A stretch of DNA of 63,570 nt, the filler included, from Octopus bimaculoides (lineage: Eukaryota): the NCBI RefSeq assembly GCF_001194135.2. It is 6 parts of 6 records of this genome, joined end to end, with 100 filler letters (N's around TTAATTAATTAA, not from the genome) between each part and the next. Parts side by side here need not be neighbours in the genome. Positions count along the whole stretch, not along the records: positions 37,641 to 51,278 come from NC_068982.1; 5 more parts are not named here. One strand, 5' to 3'. Within the stretch, counting starts at the first letter, position 1. Each line of letters begins with the position of its first letter. This document shows, piece after piece, positions 38,216-51,045 of this stretch. Position numbers and translations under genes: made by a program. Under the pieces are notes generated by a model, which searched no databases, was not told where the DNA came from, and saw nothing but the letters and a program-made list of their open reading frames with translations.

Positions 38216-39394
38216 AAAGTTAATTTAAATGGCACCTTAATAATGCTAACAACGAAACAAATGACAATGATCTCGTGCAAGAGACATGTCTAAAACTCAC
38301 ACAACGTTTTTATACATTTTCGTATTATAAATTACTAGTATTCGTAACCGGCATTGCTCGGGTTTATTATCGTCTAAAATAAGTATAATCACATATATTC
38401 ATTCCAGTTGTAATTTTGTATCAGCTGCTTTAAAAAGAAAGATTATTTCCCGTTCAACAGGGAATGTTGAGTCACTCAGAAGTGTTGTGTTCAAACAATT
38501 TAGAGGATAGTTCGAGTAAAGCTTCGTAAAAATGCGCAAATAATCAAATGGAAGTGATGTAGAGAATGTAACTATCTTAGCCTATCTTTTATAGATAAAA
38601 TCATAAACATTGCTTCCCCCCCCCCACCCCGGAAAGTGCGTTTGTTTTAAATTCGTACTTCAATTTATATATTTACTTTAAATGAGTTATTTTTCTAATC
38701 AGTTACTTTTCCTTCAGCATTTGCCTCTTAACTGGCATTCAAAGGAAGTGAAGGTTTAAGCTCGGAGCTGGCTGTGGAACCCAGCCCGTCCGTCCAATAA
38801 TTCCACCGGTTTAGTTGTGGACACAATAATGCCCTCCTCTAAAGAACATGCTTTAACAAAAGCTAATGGGTACTTCACTTCCAGTGTTCTTACAGCACAT
38901 CGGACACTAACCTAGGATTTCTAAGCCTCCACACTGTTGTCGGAAAGTCATTAACCTTCGTTAAATCCACTATAGGGTTAACATGAAGTTTACCGTCGTG
39001 AAATAGTGAAAGTAAAATATCCCCCCCACCCGAAGTGACAACACTGACACCCTAAAATTTCATGAAAAAAACTCCCTCGTTATGCCAGTCCACATGCACC
39101 TACATGTACAATAAATTCTAGACCTCTACTGCTTTTTCACAAATAGCAGCTGAGGTACACCGTACAAACATACCATACCCAGCAACGAGCACTACTGACA
39201 AAACCATTTGATGGCTTGCATGTTAGCCAACACAGTTACATGCCGGGGATGAGAAATAACGGACGGGGAGGTGACATTGTTCCTGTGAATTTACTAGGAC
39301 TATATGAACTTTTTGAGAAAGTCATTTGACTCTACCCATCACAATTCAGCTAATGTATATGTAGGTAAGAGACTATTCGCAAAACGAAATGATT

Positions 39395-39810
39395 TTGTGC
39401 TGCAAATATAATACTGCGGTTTGTTGGTGTAATTTCTTGAGAGACGTAGCATTTGCGAGCACACCCACAACTCGGTGGAGTGGATGCTGCAGGGTGTCAG
39501 ATTATTGTGGAAATAAATGAATGGAAGTATATGCATCGGAAATATTACCGAGGAGAGTGGCATAACGGATACTGTGTGTTTGGTGCAGAAGAAAGGGATA
39601 CAGGAAAGTGCTGCTTGATTGAAATTCCCGATCGCATGCACAAAACATCCGTATGTGTAGTGGTTAGGTGAGTATCATGGAAAACAGATGCAAAAGGAAT
39701 GTGTATGCCTTTGAAGTAAACAAATGAGTGAATGGATTCATAATTAAAAATAATTTGTCGTTGGTACACATAATTCTTCACTACATGCAAAATGTTGACA
39801 ACTGCCACGA
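39395..39810 (+). pseudogene. Merlin (IS1595/ISXO2-like DDE) transposase remnant
   Basis: WCNFLRDV, then HPQLGG...IVEINEWKYMHRKYYRGEWHNGYCVFGAEERDTGKCCLIEIPDR, resembling VEIDESKF.KRKY.RGR...WVFG..ER.TG.CFLV.VPDR; decayed downstream motif. Confidence 0.75.
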
Positions 39811-40284
39811 GTTGCTAGAAATAGAAACAGGGTACATCTGTGGAAATGATATGTCACAATTGAATATATGTTTGTGTGTGTATGTATGTAGTCATCTGAT
39901 ACAGTAGTCTACCGCAGAACTTCGAACATTGCTCTGGTCTCTGAGAAAAGCTGTCGTGTTGTAAACCTTCCTCGTTTGGCTGCATAGGGCCTTCTCTCCC
40001 TCTGTCTTGTTGACCACTGAATTTATAAGAATCGTGGCAGCTAGAAGGACAGACATACTACAGCAGAGTCTGTACCTAAATAGGTCAGCTCCTGTCCATT
40101 TGAACTCCGCCTGAAGTTAAAAGGTTAAAAGGAGTTGATCAATCACTTTTTGACAGGACAAAGAAAACCTGTTTTCCCGCCTGTTGATTGTGGTGGTTTG
40201 GACGACCGAGAATTCTTGGATTCGGTTTCGAATCTTGGCTTGGAGAAGGAAGTGTTAATTTTTACACACACATATACATACGAT

Positions 40285-40430
40285 AGGTTTCCCTCGTTAA
40301 CCAAATTCACTCACAAGGTACTGGGTTGATTCGGGTCTATTGTAAAGGAATTTTCTCAAAGCACCATGCATTGGAACTGAACTTGAAATTATGTGATTAC
40401 AAGGCGAACTTAACAAGACAGCCATGTCTG
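40285..40430 (-). mobile_element. Degraded SINE family B 5' half
   Basis: accaaattcactcacaagg...gcaccatgcattggaactgaac. Confidence 0.6.
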
Positions 40431-41113
40431 CATCACCACAGCAACGTATTTTTTTTTTAATGACTAACTTGTTTCAGTTTGAATAAACGTTCTCAGATTA
40501 AGTCACTTGACAAGCAATCATAATTCTGAAATACAAAAAGTACTAATGTGAGAAAAAAAAAATTAGATCTAATCAATGATTTGATTAAGCTTGTTCGTAT
40601 CATAGAGGTTCTCAACTTGGGCGGCACCGCCACCATGGGGACTCCGAGCATGTCGAGGGGGGCAGTGAGGAAACATAATTAACATACTAAAGTTTGCACA
40701 TAGTAGTACTTATATAAACAACGAAATAATTTGCAATATGTCAAGGAGACTTACGACTTCTTTTGACTCACATTGAACCTGATATAGAAAATTTAGCTAG
40801 ATTTCACCAGGCACAGGGCAGTCATTAACTTGCAATGTATAGAGAAAATTTACAAGTTTTGTCTTTATTGATGAGCGTGTTAAATAATAAAGCATTAAGA
40901 TAATATGACTCTCCCCAGACACAAAACAATTTTTTTTATTATTCCACTGTTAAAAGCTTATACAATCCATTTTTTTTTTAGTAAAATTTATAAATCATCA
41001 TCCATGTTAAGTTGGTTTAGTCGTGATAATTCACTCACCACTCAAGTGGCCGCTAGGCATAACAAATACTTAAAAAAGGGAGCGTTACACCAATCCATCA
41101 TCATGGATTGCTT

Positions 41114-41308
41114 TCCCCCTTTGGGAGTTCTACTTATTTATTTATCTATTTATTTATTATATCTTTCTCCGTTTTCTTCCTCTGTTTAGACGAACTTTCC
41201 TACCTTTTCGGACAAAACCTTTTGTAACCTTCGTCCTGTCTTTGTCCTTATATGTCTTTAATTGATATTAGCCCTTGTGGCCAATAAAACGAATTAATTA
41301 TTATTATT
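41114..41308 (+). mobile_element. ~190-bp element family G with AATAAA and (ATT)n tail (retroposon 3' end or short non-autonomous element)
   Basis: Nearly identical to 58514-58780; both begin at tccccctt(t)gggagttctactt. Confidence 0.85.
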
Positions 41309-41826
41309 AAAAGATGAAAGGCAAAGCGGGCCTCGGTGGCTGAATTTAAACACGAGAGTGGAGAGAGTTAGAGGTAATACTGCAAGGCATTTTCTCCAAC
41401 GCATTAACGATATCTCACAAAAAGATATCTCATTTGATCAAAGGTCTGTTTGAGCAGAGCTGATCTTGGGCTAAACGATAACGACGATGACAAGTAACAA
41501 GTAGTAGTAGTAATTGTAGGAGTGGTGGTGGTGGTAGTAGTAGTAGAAGTAATGGTGGTGGCGGTGGTCATTGTCGTAGTAGGAAAGAAGTTTAATAACA
41601 TCACCGACTTATTTCTTTTTTTATAAATTGATAAATATATCGGAATTTATTCAATCGATTTTACGTTACCCATCACAACTGCTACTACAATGTGGCATTG
41701 AGCCAAACTTTGAAGCCTATGGGTGAAACCTTTTAGTTTTTTGACTGTATCTGTGATTGAAAGGATAGTTTAAATACTTGAGATTGAGAGACAGAAACCA
41801 AATTTCAGTATTTCATGAAAAGAATA

Positions 41827-42367
41827 CAGTAATGCCTCACTTTACGAGACTCCAGGTTTACGAGTTGTATTTTTCAAGCACAAGATCCAAATTTTGAACG
41901 AAGTGCAAAAGTTTCTACAACCATAACAAAAGCTTCTGCGTGTTAGCGAGAAATTTATTGAGAGTGAAGAAAAGCTTCTTCTTAGCAAATAACTCTAGAC
42001 TTGTTTTTAAAAAGAAATCTACAAGTCCGTCTACGAGTGCTTGTGAATCGGCAATCGCGTCCAAAAGTGATGATGTGTGCCAGTCTAGTGCGAGTGAAAG
42101 TGATTCAGAAAACAATTATAATAATAATATTTTTTATTGTAAATGATCTTGACATTCCTTTTATTTTACATAAAATATTCTTTACATTCTACTCTTGTTT
42201 TATTGCCATTTATTTACGAGTATGATAAATTTTATAGGTAAAATATTTTCTGGGAACGAATTACGATTTATAACATTACTACTATTGGAAATTATTGCTC
42301 CGTTTTGCGAGTTTTCGCTTTACGAGCAGTCTCCGAACACATTAACTCGTATATCGAAGCATTACTG
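41827..42367 (+). mobile_element. Tigger/pogo-type non-autonomous DNA transposon (541 bp)
   Basis: Terminal cagtaatgcctcactttacgag versus reverse complement cagtaatgcttcgatatacgag (18/22 identical); TA on both flanks (41825-41826, 42368-42369). Confidence 0.85.
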
Positions 42368-42559
42368 TATAGGGAATTGGGGGCTATGATGCTTATATCG
42401 TTTCTGAACGTGAAATATCTATGACTAGGAATCAAGTCTCAGCTTGAGGAGAGTTTCCTGCTTATAGTAAACCTGCCCAGACTCACCATTCATCATCATC
42501 GCCATCATGATCACCATGATCGTCACCCCCCCCCCCTACACAACAACTGAGCATTTCGA

Positions 42560-42788
42560 GTCATAGGAACCGTAAAGCCGGTTATTCAATCTCCATGACC
42601 GAACTCACATTTCCTCCTAAACGGGATGCCAATCTGTCGCAGGGGCTACACATTCACAGCCGAGTGCATTGAAGCAGCGTGAAATGAAGTGTTTTACTGA
42701 AGAACATAACACACTGCACCGCCCGGTCCGAGAATCGAAACCACGATTGTGAGTGCACCATCCTAACCACTAGGTCACTCGCCTTCAC
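42560..42788 (-). mobile_element. tRNA-headed CORE-like SINE (family E)
   Basis: Reverse complement reads gaaggcgagtgacctagtggttagg...gtttcgattctcggaccggg...aaaacacttcatttcacg...cctgcgacagattggcatcccgt. Confidence 0.75.
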
Positions 42789-43084
42789 TAGATTCATACT
42801 GCCTATGCTGTATAAGTATTCCTCCCAACAGCATACCAGATCGCGAAGTATAGTCCTCGGCTAGACAAAGGAAGTGGTATTTAACTTGAAGCATGCCTGT
42901 GCGGGTCACGTCTCGTCAATCGGTCGATGACCTGAACTATATAACCACTACCATCGCTGCTGCTGCTGCTGCTACCGCCGCCGCTACCAAAATAACGACT
43001 ACGTCATAAATCACGCGCATAAAATGTTTCTTCTGATGCATAATTGTACCTTAAAAATATTTTTAGTAATGAATATGTGCAGTA

Positions 43085-45088
43085 CAGGCATACCTCACCC
43101 TACGTCGTTAATTTGTTCCAGGAGACACGACTTACGTCGAAAAACGACTAAGTCGAATTAACTTGTCTCTAGGCTAGGCTAGGCCGAATTTAGGGCAAAA
43201 AAAAAAAAAGTAATCTAAATTTACGAATANNNNNNNNNNTAAGATACGCACCATAAAATAGTGTAGCTTAGTGAACGAAATCATGAAATCACTTGTCTTA
43301 TTTATCGGTCTTTAGGAGCTCATATTGCACTGTAGTTCCATTATCTAACGTTCGGCGTCGTTGTCACTCGTGATTCCCGTGACTGTTTTGAATTCAGATT
43401 TGTTTACGTCTGTTTATCGGTTACTTTCTCATTCTCATTCATTTGTGACTTTATTTTTTGCCCCCATAGTTTAAGTGCTAAGCGTCATGTTATAACGCTT
43501 GAAGATATGATAAAACGCCATTACAAAGGTGAAAGTGGAAGCAATTTCACGATCTTTTGGGGTGAGTCGAACAACTGTGTCGACGATTGTACATAATAAG
43601 GACAAGATTTTAACACATATCAAATCTGGAACCCCAGGGATGAATAACACTGTCATTAATAGGAAAAGAGGCAAAATCTTTGAAGAAATGGAAAGTCTTC
43701 TTTCTCTTTAAATTGTTAGGTTGGATCGTTAGCGTGCTACTATTAGTCAAGAAATCATTTAAGACAAAGCGTTGTCTTTGTTTGAGGACCTGAAGAAAAA
43801 ATATATAGATGAGAAAGATGTAGAGTGCAAGGCAAGAAGAAGTTATCACTCCATTAAGAAGCAAGGTGAAAATGCATCAACTAACGAACAAGCAGCTACG
43901 GAATTTCCTAATGCATTAAAGAAAATCATCGAAGAAAACGGGTTTCTTCCCGAACAGATTCTTAACATTGACGAAACTGGATTGTATTGGAAAAAATTGC
44001 CAGACCGTTCATTCATTTCCAAGGAAAAGAAAACTTCCAGGCTAAAAGGTCTCAAAAGAACGTATGACCATTATGTTAGGAGGTAATTGTGCAGAAGATT
44101 TTAAGTTAAAGCCGTTGCATGTGTTTCATGCACACAACCCCTGTGCCCTGAAGAACATACCCAAGACATTTCTCCCTGTTATATGGATGGCTAATTCAAA
44201 AGCATGGGTTACTGTTGTTGTATTTGAAGATTGGTTCTTCAATCATTTCATCCCAGCAGCAGAGAAGCACTGTAAGAAGAAAGGGATTCCTTTTAAGATT
44301 TTACTTATCTTAGATAATGTTCCTGGCCACCCGCAAACATCGTAGATTTTGACCCCAACGTTATCGTCGTATACCTCCCTCCGAAAACCACGTCTTTTCT
44401 GCAGCCAATGGATCGGGGAATAATTGCTATCTTCAAGCGTTACTATATGAAGCGTACGCTGCGGCAAGCAGTAGCTGCAACTGATCTTGATGAGTCCATC
44501 ACACTTCGTGACTTTTGGAAGGGGTAAGATATCTACAAGGGTGTACAGCAGCTTGGAATTATGTATAGAGCACGGCTATGAATGGTGTATGAAAGAAGTT
44601 ATGCCCGCAATTCGTGAATGATTTTAAGGGGGTCGATAATGTTGCCATGAACAAAACGTTGGTACTACAAGCAAAGAACTGGAAATGGATTTGGAGGAGG
44701 AGGATATCACAGATTCATTTGTAAAAGACAAGCAGCCCCTGACGTACGAGGATTTGATAGAGTTCCACGAGCAGTAAAATAAAGAAGTAGAGGAAATCGA
44801 ACCTGAGCCACGTCACTTTACTATTAAGAAAATGCAGCAAGCATTTGCATATATCGAAAAAGGTCTTTCTATGTTCGAAGACATAGATTCAAATACTCAA
44901 CGCTTTTCCAAGATTATGGGGGCTTGTCACGAAGCTTTTGCTCCTTATAATATAATCCTTGACGAAAGGAAGAAGACAGTTCAAGGAACTCTCAACCGGT
45001 TTTTAAGCGCATCTAACAAGAACAACCAGAGTCAGTTGTTGATGTTGATGATCCACAGCCATCTACATCCACGATATGAACCACCAAA
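43085..45088 (+). pseudogene. Tigger/pogo DNA transposon copy 1: left TIR plus fragmented CENP-B-HTH/DDE_1 transposase
   Basis: TA|CAGGCATACCTC terminus; ISRSFGVSRTTVSTIVHNKDKI (HTH), QILNIDETGLYWKKLPDRSFI, FKLKPL...NPCALK, KAWVT, ILLILDNVPGHP, LPPKTTSFLQPMD; many frameshifts. Confidence 0.93.
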
Positions 45089-45970
45089 ACAACAACGGTA
45101 ACCCATGCTTTTGAATTAGCCATCTATATAACAGGAAGAGATGTCTTGGGTATGTTCTTCAGGGCACGGGGATTGTGTGCATGATACACAAGCAATGGCT
45201 TCAACTTAAAAAAATCTCCTGTACAGTTATTTCTCAACATAATGGTCACACGTTCTTTTGGACCTGGAATAGTTTTCTCCTCCTGGGAAATGAATGAACG
45301 GTCTGTCAATTTTTTTCAATACAATCCAGTTTCATCCGTTAAAAATCTGTTCGGAATAAAACCCATTTTCTTCGATGATTTTCTTTAATGTATTGGAAAG
45401 TGGGTTATACATCATTAGATGTATACCTGACTTTCCTATATAAAATTATGAATTAACGGAACGCTGAACTCCAGACTATCAACATAACAACATTTATTTA
45501 AGGTGGAATATATATACATCGTTAGCTCTTGTTTGTTGAGACGTCTTCTGTGTGTGTGAGCATGGTTGTTGGTATGTAGATGTGAGCGAGCTGTCTAGCG
45601 TAAGTTCGAAAGATGGTGAGAGACAGCTAAACATGTCCTTGCTCAATCGCTGGCTAGCAAGAAAGAGACAGAATGAAGCGGGAAAGCTTGGTTGTTGAAT
45701 TCCACGCATGCGTGAGACTACGCATGCGCACAGCGTTACTACAAATGCATTAGGAAATTCCGCTGCTGCACTTTCACCTTACTTCTTAATGGAGTGATAA
45801 CTTCTTTGCTCCTTAAATCTCATGAACCATCATTGACTTACCTTGAACTCTACATCTTTCTCATCTGGATATTTTTTTCTTCAGGTCATCAAACAAAGAC
45901 AACACTTTCTCTTGAATGATTTCTTGACTAATAGTAGCACGCTGACGATTCAACCTAACAATCCAAATGG
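45088..45970 (-). pseudogene. Tigger/pogo copy 2, partial and inverted relative to copy 1, interrupted by a 353-bp insert
   Basis: Reverse complement matches about 43715-44225; DRSFISQEEKT...KERVTIML...KLKPLLVYHAHNPRALKNIPK. Confidence 0.92.
45391..45743 (-). mobile_element. Probable solo LTR inserted in Tigger copy 2
   Basis: Interrupts otherwise continuous transposase sequence; aatg duplicated at 45387-45390 and 45744-45747; minus strand starts TGTAGT and contains AATAAA. Confidence 0.6.
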
Positions 45971-47729
45971 TGAAAGAGGGAGCAGGACATCATAAGTCAA
46001 GTAAAAAAAAAGACAGCAATGAAAGCTAGAAGTACATGCATAGCACACAGAATAAACAGAGAAGGGTAGAAAAGTGAACAGTAAAAGAGTCACGAAGAAA
46101 AAAGGGTGCATAGACATGTTAGGAGTAGTATTGGTGAATTTCGGGAAGCATGGAATTTTTGAAGGAAGCCATGTCCAGACAGTTAACAACTGAAGCAGAT
46201 AGATTATTCCATACTTCGACAATTCTGAGTGTGAAAAGACGACGAAGCAGCTTCGAAGAGCATTTCGCACGAGTGACTAAAAGTCCTAGCACTGTGTAAT
46301 GTGTTGAAGTGGTAGTGATTGTTTTGCGAAGTAAAATATCAGGCTAAAGAGTTGCCCACTGAAAATGGCAGCCAAATCTCCCTCAATACCGACTTAAATA
46401 AAAACGAACATAAGAGATAACGAAGTGCCTGATACACAAAACGACAGGACAGTTACGACTAAAACGCTTTTAATTTTGAAGGGCCGGGAGACTGTAGAGA
46501 GTTGGTGTTGGTAATAAAGAGTAATAAAAACGAGATATGTTAGTTATACTGACTGAACTTAAATGAAGAGAACTAAGGGAGATAAGAATATATATAGAGT
46601 TACCTCCCTTAACTTTCTATTTATAAGCTATATTCTAGTATTGTCTGTGAGAGGAATCACGTTTATGCGCGTGCACGCGTATGTGAGTTTGTGTATGCAG
46701 TGTGTGTGTGTGTGTGAAAGAGAGAGATATAGAGAGAAAAAGAGAGCATTAATTCCTAGAAGCCAAAACTTCTCTTATGATAAAGAATACATATTTTGAA
46801 AGAAAAACTTCCTCCCTTGTGTCAGTAAGCGTTTTTATGTTGACTGCCACCGTTTTTCTTCTTGAAGCTTAGTCGGAAGACGAAAGCCAGAATCCAAGAC
46901 TTATTTTTGTACGACTGGCGAGTAAGAAATCACAAATCACATTAAGAAGCAGTGGAAATTGATGAAGTAAACTTCGTATGAAACACATGGCCTGAATTTT
47001 GTTTCTTTTTCTAAGTGATGGGTCATTGGTGATTTAAACCAGACGAACATGTACAGCGCAACAGGAAGCGGAATGGGACGACTGGGCGCAGCTGTTTGGA
47101 CGCTAACGATTTCACAAGGCTGACTGACTAGACATTCAGCCTCTTTTGGAGACAATACTTTTTGACACTGGAAGCTAACAGGTACGCGCAGAAATATACA
47201 TATATAGCTAGAAAGGTGGGGTGGAGTGGAGAAATTAAAGTGTCTGATGTCAAATTAATCAGCGACCAAATAAGTAGGGCCAAAACAGCTGTGCCCAAAC
47301 GCCTCATACCCATCCGGATCTTATAAAGACTCTGGTGAAGCCGAAGCTATAGCAGAAGACACTTGTTTCAGCTGCCGCCAGTCAGCGAAATAAACTTCTA
47401 AATCATAGGTGCGCATTTAGAGGCTTCCATTAGTCAATCCTGACCACGTGTCTGCACATATGTGTTGGGAAAGACAAAAGTTTTTTATTTTTATTTTTTA
47501 TTTCTAACAAAACTGGTTGTTACCCTTACATACAAGTCTCTCTTCATGCCACATATGTTTACCCAAGAGCAAACCCACAGACTTAGACACAAATAACTCC
47601 ACACCAGTGTTGTCACAAACGTCGCTGTCGGAACTCAAAAGACAGGACAGATACCACAAGTCATTTTGTCCGACCCTGTAATAGATCCACCAATCCTTAG
47701 TCTGGATTGGCATTTTTTTTCTTCTTTTT

Positions 47730-48330
47730 CTTTAATGATCCGGAATAATGAAAGGCAAAGTTTGATTTCAGTGGGGTTTGAACTCAGAACGCAATGAATC
47801 GAAACAAATTGAGACATTTAATTCGCTAACAGAGAATTATATCGTGTTGTCCTCCCTTGTAATTCAATAACACAAATTAAAACCACAACTTTATTAAACC
47901 AACTAATTTCTCGAAAATAAGGGACTTAAACATTTAAGGATAAAATAACATTGAAGTTATTTCCCTTATTATGGATACACCAGTGAATTCGCATAATTGT
48001 TGGAGCATCAAACGAAATGCCTGACTCTTTTTACGTGCTGAATTCAAATCCGCATAAATCAACTCTACCTTTCATCCTACCGTGGTCGGTAAAAATAAAG
48101 CACTAGTCAAGTACTGAAGTCAATTTAATAAACTAACCTTTGAGGCTTCGTGTCTATTGCAGATACCGATATTTAGTTTCACGTTCGTTTTGGCTCAAAG
48201 ATGAGGATTGTACCCATGAATTCGGAAAGATCTCCGGTGAGGGCAGTGACATCAGTGCGGTAATCATTGATCCGGATAGATGAAAGGCAGAGTCAACTCC
48301 GCTAGGATTTGAACTCATAAATTAGCGGGT
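47730..48330. mobile_element. Three heavily degraded family A fragments (about 47730-47820 -, 47985-48140 +, 48255-48330 -)
   Basis: Recurrent gatgaaaggca(a/g)agt...ttgaactca and ctttcatcct motifs. Confidence 0.6.
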
Positions 48331-48528
48331 ACTTCACAGTATTTAATTTTCATTTCTGAAAGGCTATCATCTCGACTTTTAACTTGGAGTTGAGATAGAG
48401 AGAATGTCTTGAACCACGAAGCAGCAACTGAAATATTTACATCAGAAAAATGACTTTTACTTTCATTTATAGTGCAGTGGGGGGGGGGTGATATCACGGG
48501 CCGTTCATGACTTCCTCAAATGCATTAG

Positions 48529-48827
48529 CCCATAAAGCGCTGGGATTTGCACTTACATAGCATGGAATGCTGAGCACATTTTATGAAAATGAGACTACCA
48601 TGCACACATAAAAAACAAAAAATAGTTTAAATATCTTCTTAGTATATAATGGTAGCAAGTTTTACATCACCTGAAAAGTCATTAGTTGAACTATTAGTCC
48701 TCTTGCATTCTGAGGGGTATCGGAGCGTTTGAGTGACATTAGACCCCAACAAACGCCCATAAATTAAATGCATCTACCTGGGCCATGATCGTGGCCTGTC
48801 GACCTGTAGCCCGTCGCGCTTTATGTG
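48529..48827. mobile_element. piggyBac-type MITE (299 bp)
   Basis: TIR cccataaagcgc versus reverse complement cacataaagcgc (11/12); flanks TTAG (48525-48528) and TTAA (48828-48831). Confidence 0.55.
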
Positions 48828-50113
48828 TTAATGACACACGTGGATTAAAAGATATGCCAGCGGTGATGGAAACCGAGTTACACACTTAGAAGTGTAAACA
48901 ATTATTGTGTACAGTCTTATTTAACATGTTAATGAGTACTCGGACAAGACAATTCGCTGCACAAGTTGTTTTGAGAGAAGATATTCTCCTTATAAACAAT
49001 ATGGGTGTAAACTCACCTCTAGACCATGAATGATGGTGCAAAAAGGAAAAAGTTAAATAACCTTTTTATATTTGAAGCCAGAACCAGTACTGTATAGACT
49101 CATATATCTTGACCGTTCACTTCTGATAATGAACTTTTGTGCTTGAAATATATAAAGGTTATTAAACTAAGTCCTTTTCTGATTGTAACACGCACTCTGT
49201 CTTCGTTCTATATGACCATACTTCAAACACGCTACAACGCTCTTGCATCATATTAGCTTTTCTCTCTCTCTCTCAATCATATCTTACTTCATTTACGAAA
49301 GAAAAGAAAAAAAGAACATAAAAATGAAATCTATCAATAAATAATCAAAATCGAGACCTGTCCAACATCTTCGATTATATACAAACGATGTCAAAGGACA
49401 AACGGAAGTCAACCGGCAACTCTGATATCAACAACGTTGTATACACAGGAAGTTGTAGCAATAGATTCGTTCTTCCGGTTGCCACGCCAGCACACGATTC
49501 TCTTCAAAAATGGGTAAGAAAGCAAGCACGAACATATTTCTATCTTTAATTGTTAATTTAATTTTATTTCCTTTTGTATTTTAAAATATCTTTTGATATA
49601 ATGAGTAAGATGTTGTTTTACCTGACTGTCTTTATTATCGTTGTTCTTTTCACTGATTTTGTCGTGTTGTCGTTCATCCACGCCTGTATTTTGAACCAGC
49701 ATCAGAGTTTCGACCTGCTAGAATTAGCAACCAATTTTCCCTTATATCACACTCTATTAAAACAGAAACTACATTTTGGATATTTAGTCTTCGATATCTG
49801 GGTGTAAAAAATGGGATTAACACTGCTAGAATTCAAATGCTTTCTATCATAGGCCCTTCACTTATATACGCACCTATATTTTAAACCAACATCTACGTGA
49901 TCGCTCTGTCTGGTAGAAGCAGCAGTTAAATTTCCCCTTATATCGCTACCTACTGTATTGAAACAGGAAGGACACGTTTAATGGGACAGTCTTTGATTCA
50001 CATGTTTGTGGGGTGGGGGGAAATTGGATACTCACGAATGAAAGGCTTTCGATCATAAATAGGCTTGTTGCATCCAGACTGACATGTGGCTAAACAACAA
50101 CTATCTTATGTAG

Positions 50114-50160
<47 letters not shown>

Positions 50161-50284
50161 GTTTAATGTATAACAAATGTAGTATAATGTCGATGCATTC
50201 ATAGTGTTCAGCTTTTAATCTGAAGCAGTCAGATATATTTACGACTGTGATGTTAATTAAAAAGTTCCATTTTTAATGTTCGAC

Positions 50285-50502
50285 ACGATGAGCTAGTAGA
50301 ATCGTTTGCACGTTGGATGAAATTCTTAGCGGATTTTTCTTCCGGCGCTTTACGTTCGAAGTTCAGATTCCACCGAGGTAAGTCTTTGCCTTTCATCCTT
50401 TCGGGGTCGTTAAAACTTTCCAGTTGAGCACTGGGCTCGAGGTTTCCACTTACCTCCTGTCCTAAAATTGCTGGCCTTGTGCCAAAATTTGAAACCGTTA
50501 TT
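50285..50502 (+). mobile_element. SINE family A (diverged)
   Basis: Matches the other copies. Confidence 0.85.
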
Positions 50503-51045
50503 TACTTTGTTCCATTCATTACATTTCTCTGGCTACTATAGAATCTTATAACATAAATTGATTGTACATATTGAATTACAGTGAGTGTGTAGTGTGTATA
50601 TATATATAAAGCATCGCCTAAGTTTCTTAACGCAGCAGACGTGTACTCAATGGAAAGAGATGTGTAGATATATGTGGGTCTACGTAGCGTTCATGTTTAT
50701 AGATGCGTGTGTATTTAGGTATAGATGTATAGTGTGTGTGTACTCTTGTGTATCTATCGGTTTGCGTGTGCATATGTATTAATGCATATGAATTCAGGTA
50801 TGTGTGTCTTTAGACGTATCTCTATGCTAATACGTATATAATTGTATTTATGAGTGTTGATCTTTTAGTAAAAAGAAAGGGGTAGTGCCCGCGACCCTTT
50901 ACAGGGTCTCTAAAGTAAGTGAGAGAGACTGGGAAGGAGGAAAGTATCCTCAAACTGGAGGCATGGCCGGTTCTCAATTGGGGTCCATATAGGAGTTGGT
51001 TGTTAAAATTTATGTACAATAAATTTGTTATACTTCTGCAATACA

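Noticed and set aside
40603-40680. hAT/Charlie-like end tagaggttctcaac
   Set aside because: No matching opposite TIR or TSD found.
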